Shown: positions 9,689 through 20,099, counted from the first letter of the stretch. The stretch is DNA of 64,000 nt from an uncultured bacterium (GCA_943787795.1 CALSNU010000003.1:128001-192000); one strand, 5' to 3'. Program-made: numbers and translations. Notes: a model not told the origin generated them from the letters alone.

Positions 9689-11002
9689 ATGTCCGCACCT
9701 TCCATGCCCGTCGTCACGATCGAAGACCTCAGCCAGCACGTCGGCGCCACCGTCGAGCTCCGCGGCTGGGTCCACAATCGGACCTCGAAGGGGAAGCTCC
9801 ACTTCGTGATCCTCCGGGACGGCACCGGCTTCGTGCAGTGCGTGCTGAAGAAGAACGTCGTGGGCGACGAGCTCTTCGAGGAGATCGGGCGCGCGAGTCA
9901 GGAGTCGAGCCTCACGCTCCAGGGCGAGGTGCGCGCGGACGACCGCGCCCCCGGTGGGTTCGAGATCTCGGTGGTGGGGGGCGAGGTCCTCCAGTCCGCC
10001 AGCGAGTACCCGATCTCGCCGAAGGAGCACGGCGCGGACTTCCTCCTGTCGCGCCGCCACCTGTGGCTCCGCTCCAAGCGCCAGTGGGCGATCATCCGGA
10101 TCCGCAGCGCGGTGGAGTTCGCCCTGCGCCGCTTCTTCGACGAGCGCGGCTTCCTGTGCGTGGACTCGCCGATCTTCACGCCCTCGGCCTGTGAGGGGAC
10201 GAGCACCCTCTTCGAGGTGGACTACTTCGGGGACGAGAAGGCCTACCTGACCCAGTCCGGTCAGCTGTACGCCGAGGCCACGGCCATGGCCTTCGGCAAG
10301 GTCTACACCTTCGGCCCCACGTTCCGCGCGGAGAAGAGCAAGACGCGCCGCCACCTGACCGAGTTCTGGATGCTCGAGCCCGAGATGGCCTACGCCACGC
10401 TCGAGGACGTGATTCAGCTCTCCGAGGACATGGTCGTGGCCGTGGTCAAGGAGGTGCTCGAGCGCCGCCGCACGGAGCTCGAGACCCTTGAGCGCGACAT
10501 CTCCAAGCTCGAGGCCTGCACGGGCGGCTTCCCCAGGATCACGTACGACGACGCGTCGAAGATCCTGCTCGAGCACCCCGACTCCGAGTTTGTGGAGGGC
10601 GACGACTTCGGCGCGCCCGACGAGACCCTGCTCGCGGCCATGCACGATCAGCCGCTGGTGATCACCCACTACCCCAAGGACGTCAAGGCCTTCTACATGA
10701 AGGAGGCGCCGGACGATCCCACGCGCGTCCTCGCCATGGACGTCATCGGGCCAGAGGGCGCGGGTGAACTGATCGGTGGCAGCCAGCGCGAGGAGAACCT
10801 CGACGTGCTCCTCGAGGCGATCGCCAAGCACGAGCTCCCCATGGAGGAGTTCGAGTGGTACCTGGACCTGCGCCGCTTCGGCTCCGTGCCCCACGCAGGC
10901 TTCGGCCTCGGCCTCGAGCGCCTGGTGCGCTGGATCACGGGCATCGAGCACATCCGCGAGGCGTCACCGTTCCCGCGGATGATGACGCGCATCCGGCCCT
11001 GA
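9689..11002 (+). CDS. asnS: Asparagine--tRNA ligase
   Basis: OB fold (LRGWV..LRDGTG), YLTQSGQLY, FGPTFRAEKSKTRRHLTEFWMLEPE, ELIGGSQRE, GSVPHAGFGLGLER. Confidence 0.97.
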   Translation: MSAPSMPVVTIEDLSQHVGATVELRGWVHNRTSKGKLHFVILRDGTGFVQCVLKKNVVGDELFEEIGRASQESSLTLQGEVRADDRAPGGFEISVVGGEVLQSASEYPISPKEHGADFLLSRRHLWLRSKRQWAIIRIRSAVEFALRRFFDERGFLCVDSPIFTPSACEGTSTLFEVDYFGDEKAYLTQSGQLYAEATAMAFGKVYTFGPTFRAEKSKTRRHLTEFWMLEPEMAYATLEDVIQLSEDMVVAVVKEVLERRRTELETLERDISKLEACTGGFPRITYDDASKILLEHPDSEFVEGDDFGAPDETLLAAMHDQPLVITHYPKDVKAFYMKEAPDDPTRVLAMDVIGPEGAGELIGGSQREENLDVLLEAIAKHELPMEEFEWYLDLRRFGSVPHAGFGLGLERLVRWITGIEHIREASPFPRMMTRIRP

Positions 11003-11073
11003 GCGGGCGCGCGCCTGCTGCTTGTGGGCCGGCCGGGCCTGCCCACACCGTCGCGTGCCGCTTCGGGGCTCGC

Positions 11074-11976
11074 TCAGTCGGCCATCAGGATCGACTCAAG
11101 CCGGTCGGCTTCGGCCATCTGGTGGGCCCATGAGCCGTCCGGCCGGAAGCGCAGCACGGCGTCCTCGCCGGCCCCCGCGGTGATGGCCCCGTTGGAGGAC
11201 CGCCACTCGGTCAGGGCGGCGGCCGCCCGGGTCATGGACTCCGCGGCGCGGGTCTTCGACCAGGCGAGGGTGGTGATCCGGTTCCAGGTCCTGGGGCTCT
11301 TGGCCTCATCGGGCGTCTCGGCGCGGAGCACGCTCAGCAGGAACGCTGCGGCTCGCTGCCGAGCCGCACGAGTGCGCTCGTCCTCGGGAGCGATCATGCC
11401 CTCCTCCGGGGCCCTGCTCGCGCTGACGTCAATCCAGCCGACGTTGCGCTCCAGGACCACCGCGGCGCACTCGGTGCGCACGGCGAGGACGGGGTGAGGG
11501 TCCTCGCCCGCGGCGAGCTCGAGCAGGCGGTCTGTGACGTTGGCGAGGGTCGCGCGCCGATCGAGCGCGCGGGCGGCGACCACGTCCGCACCCACGTCGC
11601 CGCGGACGTCGGTGGTGTGGCGAGCCTCGAGGCGCGTGAGCAGGAGCGCGGCGATCTCGACCTCGGAGAGGGCGGCATTCCCTGGGTCGAGGGGGGCGCG
11701 ATCAAGCGCGGCGCCGAGGAGCACTGCGGCGCGGGTCGAGGTGGTGGGGTCGCCCTCCTCGAGCAGGCGCGCTAGCTCCGCGCACTCCGCCTCGCCCAGG
11801 CCGGCCTCGACATGCTCGAGGGCGAAGTCAGGGAAGGCGGCGGCCGAGACGGTCTGCCAGGTCACCGCGTCGTCCTCTGTGCGTGTCCACGCGAGGGTCG
11901 TCGCGGCAGCGGCGCTGAGCAGGAGCGCCAGGTGCCCGAAGTGGAGGGACTGACGCTTGGGGGGGAGGGCGGGCAT
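11074..11976 (-). CDS. Hypothetical exported helical (HEAT-like) protein
   Basis: N-terminal hydrophobic segment; Ala/Leu/Glu-rich helices; co-oriented 3 nt after the SGNH gene. Confidence 0.6.
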   Translation of the reverse strand: MPALPPKRQSLHFGHLALLLSAAAATTLAWTRTEDDAVTWQTVSAAAFPDFALEHVEAGLGEAECAELARLLEEGDPTTSTRAAVLLGAALDRAPLDPGNAALSEVEIAALLLTRLEARHTTDVRGDVGADVVAARALDRRATLANVTDRLLELAAGEDPHPVLAVRTECAAVVLERNVGWIDVSASRAPEEGMIAPEDERTRAARQRAAAFLLSVLRAETPDEAKSPRTWNRITTLAWSKTRAAESMTRAAAALTEWRSSNGAITAGAGEDAVLRFRPDGSWAHQMAEADRLESILMAD

Positions 11977-11979
11977 GGG

Positions 11980-13107
11980 TCAGATGAGCGAGCGGAGGAT
12001 CGGCTCGAGGGCGTCAGCGTAGCGAACCATCCCGAGATCCGTGGGGTGTGACCCATCGACGGTCGCCTCGCCGTCCGCGCCCAGAAAGGGGGCATCTTGA
12101 ACATAGGTCAGGCCGCGGACGCCGGAGGCGGTGAGCTGGTCGAAGGCGGCGCGGAAGGCCGCGTGGTTGTCCGCGTGGTGTCGCGCCCGGCCCGGCAGGA
12201 AGCCTGCGTTCGCGTTGACCCGGTCCTCGACCATGACGACCGGGGTGCTTGGCCGCTTGGCCCGCAACGCCCGGACGAAGGGTTCGGTGCGCTCGGCCAC
12301 CTGACGGGGGCCAAGGTTCGGGAGGCAGTCGAGGACGTAGGCGCTGGCGTCTACCTCGGCGAGCAGCGCGGCGAGCTCCATCTCGAGCCGCCCATTGCCG
12401 CTGAAGCCGAGGTTCAGCACCGGCACGTCGAGGCGGCGGCCGAGGATGTTGACGAAGGACATCCCGGGGCGCGACGCGCACGCGCCGTGGGCGATGGACG
12501 TGCCGTAGTAGACGAGGGGCGGCGTCTCCCGCGGGGCGACGGGCGTGAGCTCGACGCCCTCGGGGACTGCGACGCGCACCGAGGTCGCGCCGTTGTAGAG
12601 GGGGAGGTAGAGGCGGTAGGTCCGAGGGATCGGGGAGAGCCCCTTCACCTCGGCGGCGTAGGACTGGGAGCTCGGCCGCGGGCAGAAGACCCACCGCCAC
12701 GGGCCGTCGCCCTCGCGGGCGTAGAGGTCGACGCCGCTGACCCCGGTGGCGGGCATGTGCGGGAGGGCGAGGCGTGCCTCGGAGAGGTCGACCTCGAAGC
12801 GCAGCGCAGGCGTGGCCGCGTTGAACGTGACGAACATCCCGCTGGTCTGGGTCGAGAGGCGCCACACCGGATCGCGGACCAGCTCCTGGGCGCGCGCGGG
12901 CAGCCGATGGTACGGAGCCGCCACGTCCTCCCAGCCGCGCCCCTCGAGGCCGAGCTCGTGGGCTTCGTGGCGGACCCAGCCGTCGGGCGCTGGGGCGGCG
13001 GGCTTCGGCTCCTGGGGCGTGGCGGGGGAGCGGGCCTCGGCCGGCCGCGTGCCCAGCACGGCGGCGCCGAGGCCGGCGGCGAGGAGGTCTCTGCGCGCGA
13101 TGTTCAT
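11980..13107 (-). CDS. Tat-exported SGNH/GDSL hydrolase (GxDLY N-domain)
   Basis: Start re-called at MNIARRDLLAAGLGAA (Tat RR). SGVDLY, YGTSIAHG, NLGFSGNG, DGSHP motifs. Confidence 0.9.
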   Translation of the reverse strand: MNIARRDLLAAGLGAAVLGTRPAEARSPATPQEPKPAAPAPDGWVRHEAHELGLEGRGWEDVAAPYHRLPARAQELVRDPVWRLSTQTSGMFVTFNAATPALRFEVDLSEARLALPHMPATGVSGVDLYAREGDGPWRWVFCPRPSSQSYAAEVKGLSPIPRTYRLYLPLYNGATSVRVAVPEGVELTPVAPRETPPLVYYGTSIAHGACASRPGMSFVNILGRRLDVPVLNLGFSGNGRLEMELAALLAEVDASAYVLDCLPNLGPRQVAERTEPFVRALRAKRPSTPVVMVEDRVNANAGFLPGRARHHADNHAAFRAAFDQLTASGVRGLTYVQDAPFLGADGEATVDGSHPTDLGMVRYADALEPILRSLI

Positions 13108-13113
13108 GGCTCC

Positions 13114-13123
13114 AGGGTACCGT
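13114..13123. promoter_or_regulatory. Overlapping divergent -10 boxes (minus TACCCT, plus TACCGT)
   Basis: Minus TACCCT (13114-13119) lies 6 nt before ATG 13107. Plus TACCGT (13118-13123) lies upstream of sulfatase ATG 13153. Confidence 0.5.
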
Positions 13124-13152
13124 GCAGGGCCCCGCGCCCCGCTGCAACAACG

Positions 13153-14547
13153 ATGACGACCCCCCACCTCGCTGCGTTCCTCGCCATGCTCGCCCTCGGA
13201 TGTGCCTCCCCGGTGACGACGGAGGTCGCCCCGGCGGGTGAGGCCCCCCCGAACGTCGTCCTCTTCTTCACGGACGACCAGGGGTACGGGGACCTCGGCT
13301 GCTTCGGTCACCCGACGATCGCGACGCCGCATATCGACGGGCTGGCGAAGGACGGCCTCAAGCTCACCCAGTTCTACGTGGCGAGCCCCGTCTGCTCGCC
13401 GTCCCGGGCCGCGCTGCTCACCGGGTGCTATCCCAAGCGAATCGGCATGGAGCGGCACGTGGTCTTCCCCGCCGACCAGTGGGGGCTCAACCCCGAGGAG
13501 GAGACCCTGGCCGAGCTCCTCCGCGAGCGCGGCTTCGCCACGGGTTGCTTCGGCAAGTGGCACCTCGGTCACTGCGAGGGGCTGCTACCGACCGACCAGG
13601 GGTTCGACCGCTTCGCAGGGGTGCCGTACTCCAACGACATGGCGCAGTTCCACCGCAAGGGCGGCACGAAGTATCGCTTCCGCCTCCCCTGGATGGAGGG
13701 GACGGAGGTCCTCGAGTGGGAGCCCGACCAGGCCATGCTCACGCGGCGGCAGACCGACGCCGCGCTTGAATTCATCCGCGGAGCGGGGGAGGACGAGCCG
13801 TTCTTCGCCTACGTCCCCTTCTCCATGCCGCACATCCCCATCTACGCGTCCGAGGACTTCGAGGGGGAGAGCCGGCGCGGGCTCTATGGAGACGTCATCG
13901 AGGAGATCGATGCCGGCGTTGGCCGTGTGCTCGATGAGCTTGAGACGCGTGGCCTCCGGGAGAATACGCTCGTGATCTTCACCTCCGACAACGGGCCCTG
14001 GCTGCCCTACGGTCTCGAGGGGGGCTCGGCGGGCCTGCTGCGGGACGGCAAGGGGACCAACTGGGAGGGGGGGCAGCGGGTCCCCTGCGTCATGAGCTGG
14101 CCGGCGCGGCTGCCGGCGGGGGTGACCCTGCGGACGCCGATGAACACCATGGACCTGCTCCCGACAATCGCGGGCTGGACGGGCGCGCCGCTCCCGGTGC
14201 GCGAGATCGACGGTGTGGATGTGGGCGCGGTTCTTGAGGGTGACCCGGCGGCCGCAGCAGCGATCGAGGAGCGCCCCTTCGTCTACTTCACGCTGCGTGG
14301 GGCTCTGGCCGGGGTTCGACGGGGCCCATGGAAGCTCAAGCTCCCCGAGCTGATGCTCTTCGACGTGGAGACCGATCCCTCGGAGACCAAGGACAAGGCG
14401 GAGCAGGAGCCCGCGATCGTCGCCGAGCTACATGTCCTCGCCCGCGAGCTCGCGGGCGGTATCGAGAGCGCCGCTCGGCCTCGCGGGGAAGGGGCCACGC
14501 GGGTCTTCGACCCCGAACGCCCCGCTCCGAGCACTGAGGCGCCGTGA
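13153..14547 (+). CDS. Arylsulfatase (S1 family), probable lipoprotein
   Basis: Start re-called at MTTPHL (LALGC lipobox-like). DDQGYGD, CSPSRAALLTG, GKWHLG, FTSDNG motifs. Confidence 0.93.
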   Translation: MTTPHLAAFLAMLALGCASPVTTEVAPAGEAPPNVVLFFTDDQGYGDLGCFGHPTIATPHIDGLAKDGLKLTQFYVASPVCSPSRAALLTGCYPKRIGMERHVVFPADQWGLNPEEETLAELLRERGFATGCFGKWHLGHCEGLLPTDQGFDRFAGVPYSNDMAQFHRKGGTKYRFRLPWMEGTEVLEWEPDQAMLTRRQTDAALEFIRGAGEDEPFFAYVPFSMPHIPIYASEDFEGESRRGLYGDVIEEIDAGVGRVLDELETRGLRENTLVIFTSDNGPWLPYGLEGGSAGLLRDGKGTNWEGGQRVPCVMSWPARLPAGVTLRTPMNTMDLLPTIAGWTGAPLPVREIDGVDVGAVLEGDPAAAAAIEERPFVYFTLRGALAGVRRGPWKLKLPELMLFDVETDPSETKDKAEQEPAIVAELHVLARELAGGIESAARPRGEGATRVFDPERPAPSTEAP

Positions 14548-14548
14548 C

Positions 14549-17500
14549 CTAGCGCTTGGTGATCGTGCGCTCGGTGTTCGGCGGCAGGAAGGCGCGGAGC
14601 CCGAAGCCGTCGGAGATCCAGAGGACCGGCGGGTCGCCCTTGATCGAGGGGGCCTCCCAGGCGACGTAGGACCAGTCGCCTCCTCGGCTGATGAGGAACG
14701 GCTCGTGCCTGCGCGTGTCCTCGGTGATCCGGTACCACTCGTCCTCGACCTGGACAGACCAGCCGCTTCCATCGGCCGTGGTGCTGCGGAGGGCGTCGTT
14801 CTCGCTGCCCGAAGGGCGCTGGACGTTGAAGAGGCCCTCGAAGCCGTGCCGAAGGGAGTCATCGAGGCCGCTCAAGCCTTCAACGATGCTGTACTTGGGC
14901 ATCAGGCTGGAGGTCCAGGAGGCCAAGATGCCGCCTTTCTCGCTGGCGTCGCCCTTCAGTAGGACCAGGGCCTCGTCGCCGATCACGACGGGGCCCAGCA
15001 GGGGAGCGGCGTTGAGCGGGAGCGGGCCGCGGAGGGTGCCCTCATTGGGGTCGAGGATCCAGGCGCTGCCCCCTTCCGTGATGAAGAGCTGGCTTCCTTG
15101 CAGCCCGGGCATGGTCACCGGACGCCGGGCGATCCCCGAGACGTCACTGATGTTGGTTTGCCAGCGCACCTTGCCGCCCCAGGCCATGCTCGCGATCGCC
15201 CCCTTGCGGTCGCAGATGATGTACTCGCCGGTCGTCCCGTCACCGATGGGCGCCGGGACGGCGTCCACGCGACCCGTACCGACCTGGAAATGGACGGCTG
15301 GCGTGCGGGACAGTGCAACGTGGAGGTCCTGGGGGCCGGCTACAGCGATCACGCGCGAGTCAAAACCCTCCAGATCAAACCGGAGCGTCCAAGCGTCGGC
15401 GAAGGTGCCCTCCAGAGCAAACGGGGCCACGAACTGCGCGCTGTCTTCCGGCCGATCCCCGCGGCGCTCCACCGTGACGCGGACGCCCGGCGGCGTCGTC
15501 TCGATCCTCCAGGGGAGCATGATGCGCTCGGCGTCTTCGAACGTCCCGTCGAGGATCTCCAGAGCAAAGACGTGGTCCCCGCGGGCCGCGGCCTCGCGCG
15601 CCTGGTCCGCTGCATCGAGCTTGCGGCGCGTGAACGCGACCTCCTTCTCAAGGACTCTCCGGACCTTACCGGCCGGGTCGTTCTCGAGGATCTGTTCGTA
15701 GTACTTGAGAGCGCTCCCGAAGTCTGATCGCGCGAGAGCCTCATGCGCGAGCGCGAGAAACTCATCGTTCTCCCTGAGGATCCGGGCGTGCTCTGCCTCT
15801 AGCTGGTCCACGGAGCGTGTCCGTTCCCTGTTGGTGATCTCCTCGGTCAAGGAGGCCAGCTCCGAGAGGAAGCCGGCGAGCATGGGGGAGGTGAGTTCCT
15901 CCTCCGAGAGGGCGTCCTGAAGGGACTCGACCCCCTCGGAGACCTGCTGCTCCACGGTGATCTGTCGCGGGGCGTGGATCGTGGGCGGGCCCAGGGACGT
16001 GATCTGAGTCTTGAGTCGCTCCGAGATCGAGCCGAGGATCTCGGAACCGCTCCTCCACGGACGGCTGAGCACCCGGAGCGCCGGCGGGTCAGGGAGCTCG
16101 CGGTACATGTCGAGGGCCACGAGCAGGTCACCCTCCACGGCCTCGTTGCGGGCGCGGTCGAAGGTGCCGTCCCACTCTTCGGTGAGGATCGTCTCCTCCT
16201 TCCGGAGCTGGTCCTCGAGCTTCATGCGGAGGTCCAGGACCTCGACCGAGAGGTCGGTCCGGAAGCGCTGGTCCAGGCGTTCAAGGGCCTCGCCGGGGCG
16301 GTCGACCATGCTGCTGATCGCCTCGATCTCCCCGCGCCGCTCCTCGCTGGAGCGGAGCTTGGAGACCCCCATGGTCGCGAAGGTGAGGAGGACGGCGGCC
16401 CCCGACGGCCGCCTGCCGGCGGACCTTCTTGGAGCGAGTGGAGCGGCGCCGTGCCCGGGTCAGGAGCTCGCGTGCCTCCCGGTTCCGCGGGTCGTGATCG
16501 AGGAGGGAGCGCAGCGGCGTGAGGAGCCGATCCGCGTGCCCTTGGGCGAGCATGTCGGTGCAAGCTGTCAGGATCCACGGAGCGGCGTCCGGGACCCGGC
16601 TGGCGCCGAGCAGGCCGAGCCCGAGCTCCAGGCGCTCCGAGACCAGCGCTGGCTGGAGGTGAGCGGCGATGGCCAGGGCGGGGCCGCTGCACACGGGGGA
16701 GTGGTGGTCCCGCAGGTCCCGTGCCAGGTCGAGAGCCTCCCGGGGCTCCATGCCGCAGGCGTCGCCCTCATCACGCAGGCGGGCAGCGGAGAGGTGCAGG
16801 CGCACGATCCTGTCGCTCGGACTGATGCGATGAGCCTCGGTCCAGTGCACGACGGCGTGGGAGGGACTCTCGAGCGTGGCGTCGATTCGGCGCAGGAGCG
16901 TCCGCACATCCCGCATCTCCATCGCCCGCAGGGTCGAGATCAAGCGGCCCGCGAGCCACTCGTTGGTCAGCGCGTCGGCGTCGGCTGGAATCAACGGGCC
17001 GGGCGAGCCATTGCGGCACCAGACGGAGAGCCTGTTGGCGGCCCGTGAGAACTCGGCTCGCTGCATCTCCTGGAGAGCGACGTGGAGCTGCTCGATCGGA
17101 TGGGCGAAGCGGAGGCCCCCCGCGTTGATGCCCTTCAGGAGCCCGAGCTGGACCTGGCGCAGGGGCTGGGCGAGGCGATCCGCGATCTCCTGGACGGTGG
17201 AGGACCCGTCGCACTCTTGCTGCAACGCCGCGGGCATCTGCCCCAGGTCTTGCTGGGAGGTGATGCAGGGGGTGTTGGCTCGGTCCGGGAGCTTCGGCGA
17301 GTGCGCGAGCTCGACCTCGTCTGCGATCCGGGCGTACTCGAGGAGCAGGAACTCGACCTGGGTGGGCGAGCAGTGCACGCGACTCTTCAGCTGGCTCTCG
17401 GGATCGAGGACCGTGGTCCGCTCGCCGATGCTCCCTGGGTTGAAGCGGAAGTGCACCCCGCCGCCATCCAGGAGGGCGTAGAGCGTCTCCAGTCGTCCGG

Positions 17501-17759
17501 CCTTCGCGATGGGCTCCAGGCGCTCGACGGTGGGCTCGTAGGTCGGGTCGTCTGCCCAGGCATCGCGCGCCCGAACGGCCCAGGCATGGGGGTCCTCGTC
17601 CGGGTCGGGCAAGAGCCACGCCTTCCCGTCCTCGATTCCGAGGACAGAGCGCTGGGACCCCGCCGCCGTCAGCGTGAGGATGCCCTCCTTTTGCCCGCGT
17701 GCCAGCCCCTGGAGGAGCTCCGCGAGACCGATCCCACGGACGTCACCCTGGAAGCTCAT
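14549..17759 (-). CDS. DUF4388-domain membrane protein with TPR-like, PEGA-like and beta-propeller (PQQ-like) regions, about 1069 aa, split by a +1 frameshift at 16399-16403
   Basis: N-terminal [24 protein letters not shown] (DUF4388-like). Removing one G from GGGGG joins RRQAAVG to [14 protein letters not shown], a TM helix leading into the 607-aa ORF ([12 protein letters not shown] is PEGA-like). Confidence 0.75.
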
Positions 17760-17965
17760 GAGTCAATTGAGTGTGCTGCTGCGCTGTCGGCATGGAGTGC
17801 TGTGGACGGACCGGTACGAGATCCTCCCAGCCTTTCGACGCCTCCGGCGCGGCTCCTGAAGCAGACCGGGGCACCGGGACCAGAAACGTTTTCCACCCGG
17901 CGATTCGTCCGTTCGGTCTCCATGGGGCGCGATCGTCATCCCTTTCCGGGACGGCCATGGACCCG

Positions 17966-18583
17966 TCAGCGGGTCTTCAGCCGAGCCCTCAGCGCGCGCA
18001 GGTCCTCTGGGGTATCCAGATCGTCGAGGATTGCCGGGTCTGTGGTCTCGATGGAGACCGTGGGCACGGCCCTCGCGCGCAGCAAGCGCAGGGGAGCGTC
18101 AGGCCCAAGCCCACTGGCCTGAGCGGCCAGCGCAGCCCCGACGATGACGGGGTGGCCGAAGCGCGGACGCTCGCTTCCAGGGGGAATGATCGAGGGCGCC
18201 AGCCACCCGGTGGCGGGGCATCCGAGGGCCTGCCAGCGCTCCGCGAGGGTCTCCACCAGCGTCGCCGCGATGAGCGGGACGTCGACGGGGCAGATCATGA
18301 GGTCGACCCCGGGGTGTCGGGCCGCCGCAAGGGCCACGCCCGAGGTTCGCCCCCGGAGCCATGCGGGGTTGAAGAGCACCTCCACACCCACGGCCCAGCG
18401 CGCCACGTGATCCTGAATCTCTCGATGGTGGCAGCCGGTGATGACGAGCGGCGTGGGGGAGACACGACGGAGGGCGTCGGAGAGCCGCTCGAGCGCGCTC
18501 CGGCCGCCGAGGTCCGCCAGGGCCTTGGGCTCGCCCAGGCGCCTGGAAGCGCCCGCCGCCAGGATGACCGGGGCGAGGCTCAC
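17966..18583 (-). CDS. MocA/MobA-like NTP transferase (molybdenum cofactor nucleotidyltransferase family)
   Basis: ILAAGASRRLGEPKAL, PVDVP, GHPV, DLDTPED. GTG start overlaps the upstream TGA (GTGA). Confidence 0.85.
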   Translation of the reverse strand: MSLAPVILAAGASRRLGEPKALADLGGRSALERLSDALRRVSPTPLVITGCHHREIQDHVARWAVGVEVLFNPAWLRGRTSGVALAAARHPGVDLMICPVDVPLIAATLVETLAERWQALGCPATGWLAPSIIPPGSERPRFGHPVIVGAALAAQASGLGPDAPLRLLRARAVPTVSIETTDPAILDDLDTPEDLRALRARLKTR

Positions 18584-19614
18584 GCGCCGACCCAACGGGC
18601 GACCACGGCGCGGGCCTTCGAGGTGTCCTCCGTCCCTTCGACCAGCGCTCGACCATCGGGGAAGAGGGTCACGCGATGCCCCTCCGCAGTGAATCGAAGG
18701 AGCGGCCCGGCCTGGCGAACCTCGATGCCAGCGGACCGCAGGTTGGCCGCCACCAGGTCGGGGACGGGCGCCGGTGCTCCGGCCGGGGCGAGGACCTGGA
18801 CGGTGTTGCGCCCGCAGAGCGAGACCGCTTCATCCGCCGTCGCGCCCTCCAGGAACTCGAAGTCGCCCGTGACGCAGCAAGGACAGCTGGGAGCGCGGGG
18901 GACCGGGAGCCGCCTCACGCTCCCGGACCAAACGTCAAGGTCGATCAACGCCGGAGCGGGGGGGTCTTCTCCAGCCAGCTGGCGGAGGGCGAGGCCCGCT
19001 TGCATGGACGCGATGACGCCGACCGCGGGGCCGATCACCCCGGCCGTATCGCACGTGGGGAGGGCGCCAGGCGGAGGAGGATCCGGGAAGACGCAGCGCA
19101 GGCAAGGGCCCTCGCCGGGCTGGATCGCCAGGACGAGGCCGCCCGAGGACACGACCCCAGCGTAGATCCAGGGGACCCCCTCACGGACGGCGTAGTCGTT
19201 CACGAGGTAGCGCGTGGCCATGTTGTCGGTCCCATCGAGGATCAGGTCCACGTTCGCGCCGAGCTCGAGGAGTCGGTCCGCGTTCAGGTGCACCGCGTGG
19301 GAGGTCAATCGGGTTGGTCCACCGATCAGCCCGAGGGTCTCGGCAGCGGCGCTGACCTTGGGGGTGCCGGCTGCGGCGTGTTCAGCGGTGAACAGGACCT
19401 GGCGGGGGAGGTTGGTCTCCTCGACCACGTCACGGTCCACGAGGATCAGTTCGCCGACTCCGGCGCGGGTCAACCACTGCGCGAGCACGCCGCCCAGGGC
19501 GCCGCAGCCCACGAGCAGGACCCGCTTGGTCTCGAGGCGAGCTTGACCCTCGGGCCCGAGCGGTGCGAAGCGGGCCTGCCGTTCGAAGCGGTGCTGGACG
19601 GGGGGGGCGGTCAC
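18580..19614 (-). CDS. ThiF/MoeB family adenylyltransferase
   Basis: RFERQ, GCGALG, DRDVVEETNLPRQ, DGTDN, PCLRC, TCDTAGV, CPCC, LCGRNTVQ. Confidence 0.92.
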   Translation of the reverse strand: MTAPPVQHRFERQARFAPLGPEGQARLETKRVLLVGCGALGGVLAQWLTRAGVGELILVDRDVVEETNLPRQVLFTAEHAAAGTPKVSAAAETLGLIGGPTRLTSHAVHLNADRLLELGANVDLILDGTDNMATRYLVNDYAVREGVPWIYAGVVSSGGLVLAIQPGEGPCLRCVFPDPPPPGALPTCDTAGVIGPAVGVIASMQAGLALRQLAGEDPPAPALIDLDVWSGSVRRLPVPRAPSCPCCVTGDFEFLEGATADEAVSLCGRNTVQVLAPAGAPAPVPDLVAANLRSAGIEVRQAGPLLRFTAEGHRVTLFPDGRALVEGTEDTSKARAVVARWVGA

Positions 19615-19991
19615 GGAATCAGCAGGACGATGAGGGTGGTGACGAGCGCGATGGCTGCGAGGAGGATCCCGCCGGCCAGGGCGAGCGCCGTGCGATCTCT
19701 CGCGGGGACCCGGTCAATCTCGACCCAGTTGAAGTATCTGCGGGCCGAGCCTTCGATGGCAGCACCACAATGTGGGCACTTGTCCCCCTTGAAGTCGTCC
19801 CAGGGGACGACGCCGTCACACTCCATGCAGTAGAAGTTCCGGGCCGTCCCGCCCTCCTCGACGCCTGGAGCGTGGTTCCGCCCGCGATAATAGTCCAGGG
19901 ACTCCGCGTTCACGACGTCGCGTGTCCGTGACCAGTGGTCCTCGGACATGTTGCCGTAGCTCTTGGGAGGGGGAGTCTTCTCTTCTGCCAT
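19611..19991 (-). CDS. Small Zn-ribbon membrane protein
   Basis: CMEC..CPHC plus a C-terminal TM; stop overlaps the ThiF/MoeB start. Confidence 0.7.
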   Translation of the reverse strand: MAEEKTPPPKSYGNMSEDHWSRTRDVVNAESLDYYRGRNHAPGVEEGGTARNFYCMECDGVVPWDDFKGDKCPHCGAAIEGSARRYFNWVEIDRVPARDRTALALAGGILLAAIALVTTLIVLLIP

Positions 19992-20070
19992 GGGGGGGCT
20001 CCGGGCTCAGCCAGGGCGCTCCTGAACATAGCCCCCGGGGAGGCTGTCCGCGACGTCGGCGGAGTCGGGC

Positions 20071-20099
20071 TTGACAGAGAGGACCCTGATCCCGATCCT
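20071..20099 (+). promoter_or_regulatory. Candidate sigma70 promoter of tRNA-His
   Basis: Perfect TTGACA (20071-20076), 17-nt spacer, weak -10 GATCCT. Confidence 0.45.

Noticed and set aside
12097..13572. Long N-terminal extensions suggesting an 816-aa sulfatase and a 530-aa SGNH protein that overlap
   Set aside because: Signal peptides and -10 boxes place the real starts at 13153 and 13107; the extensions are antisense read-through.
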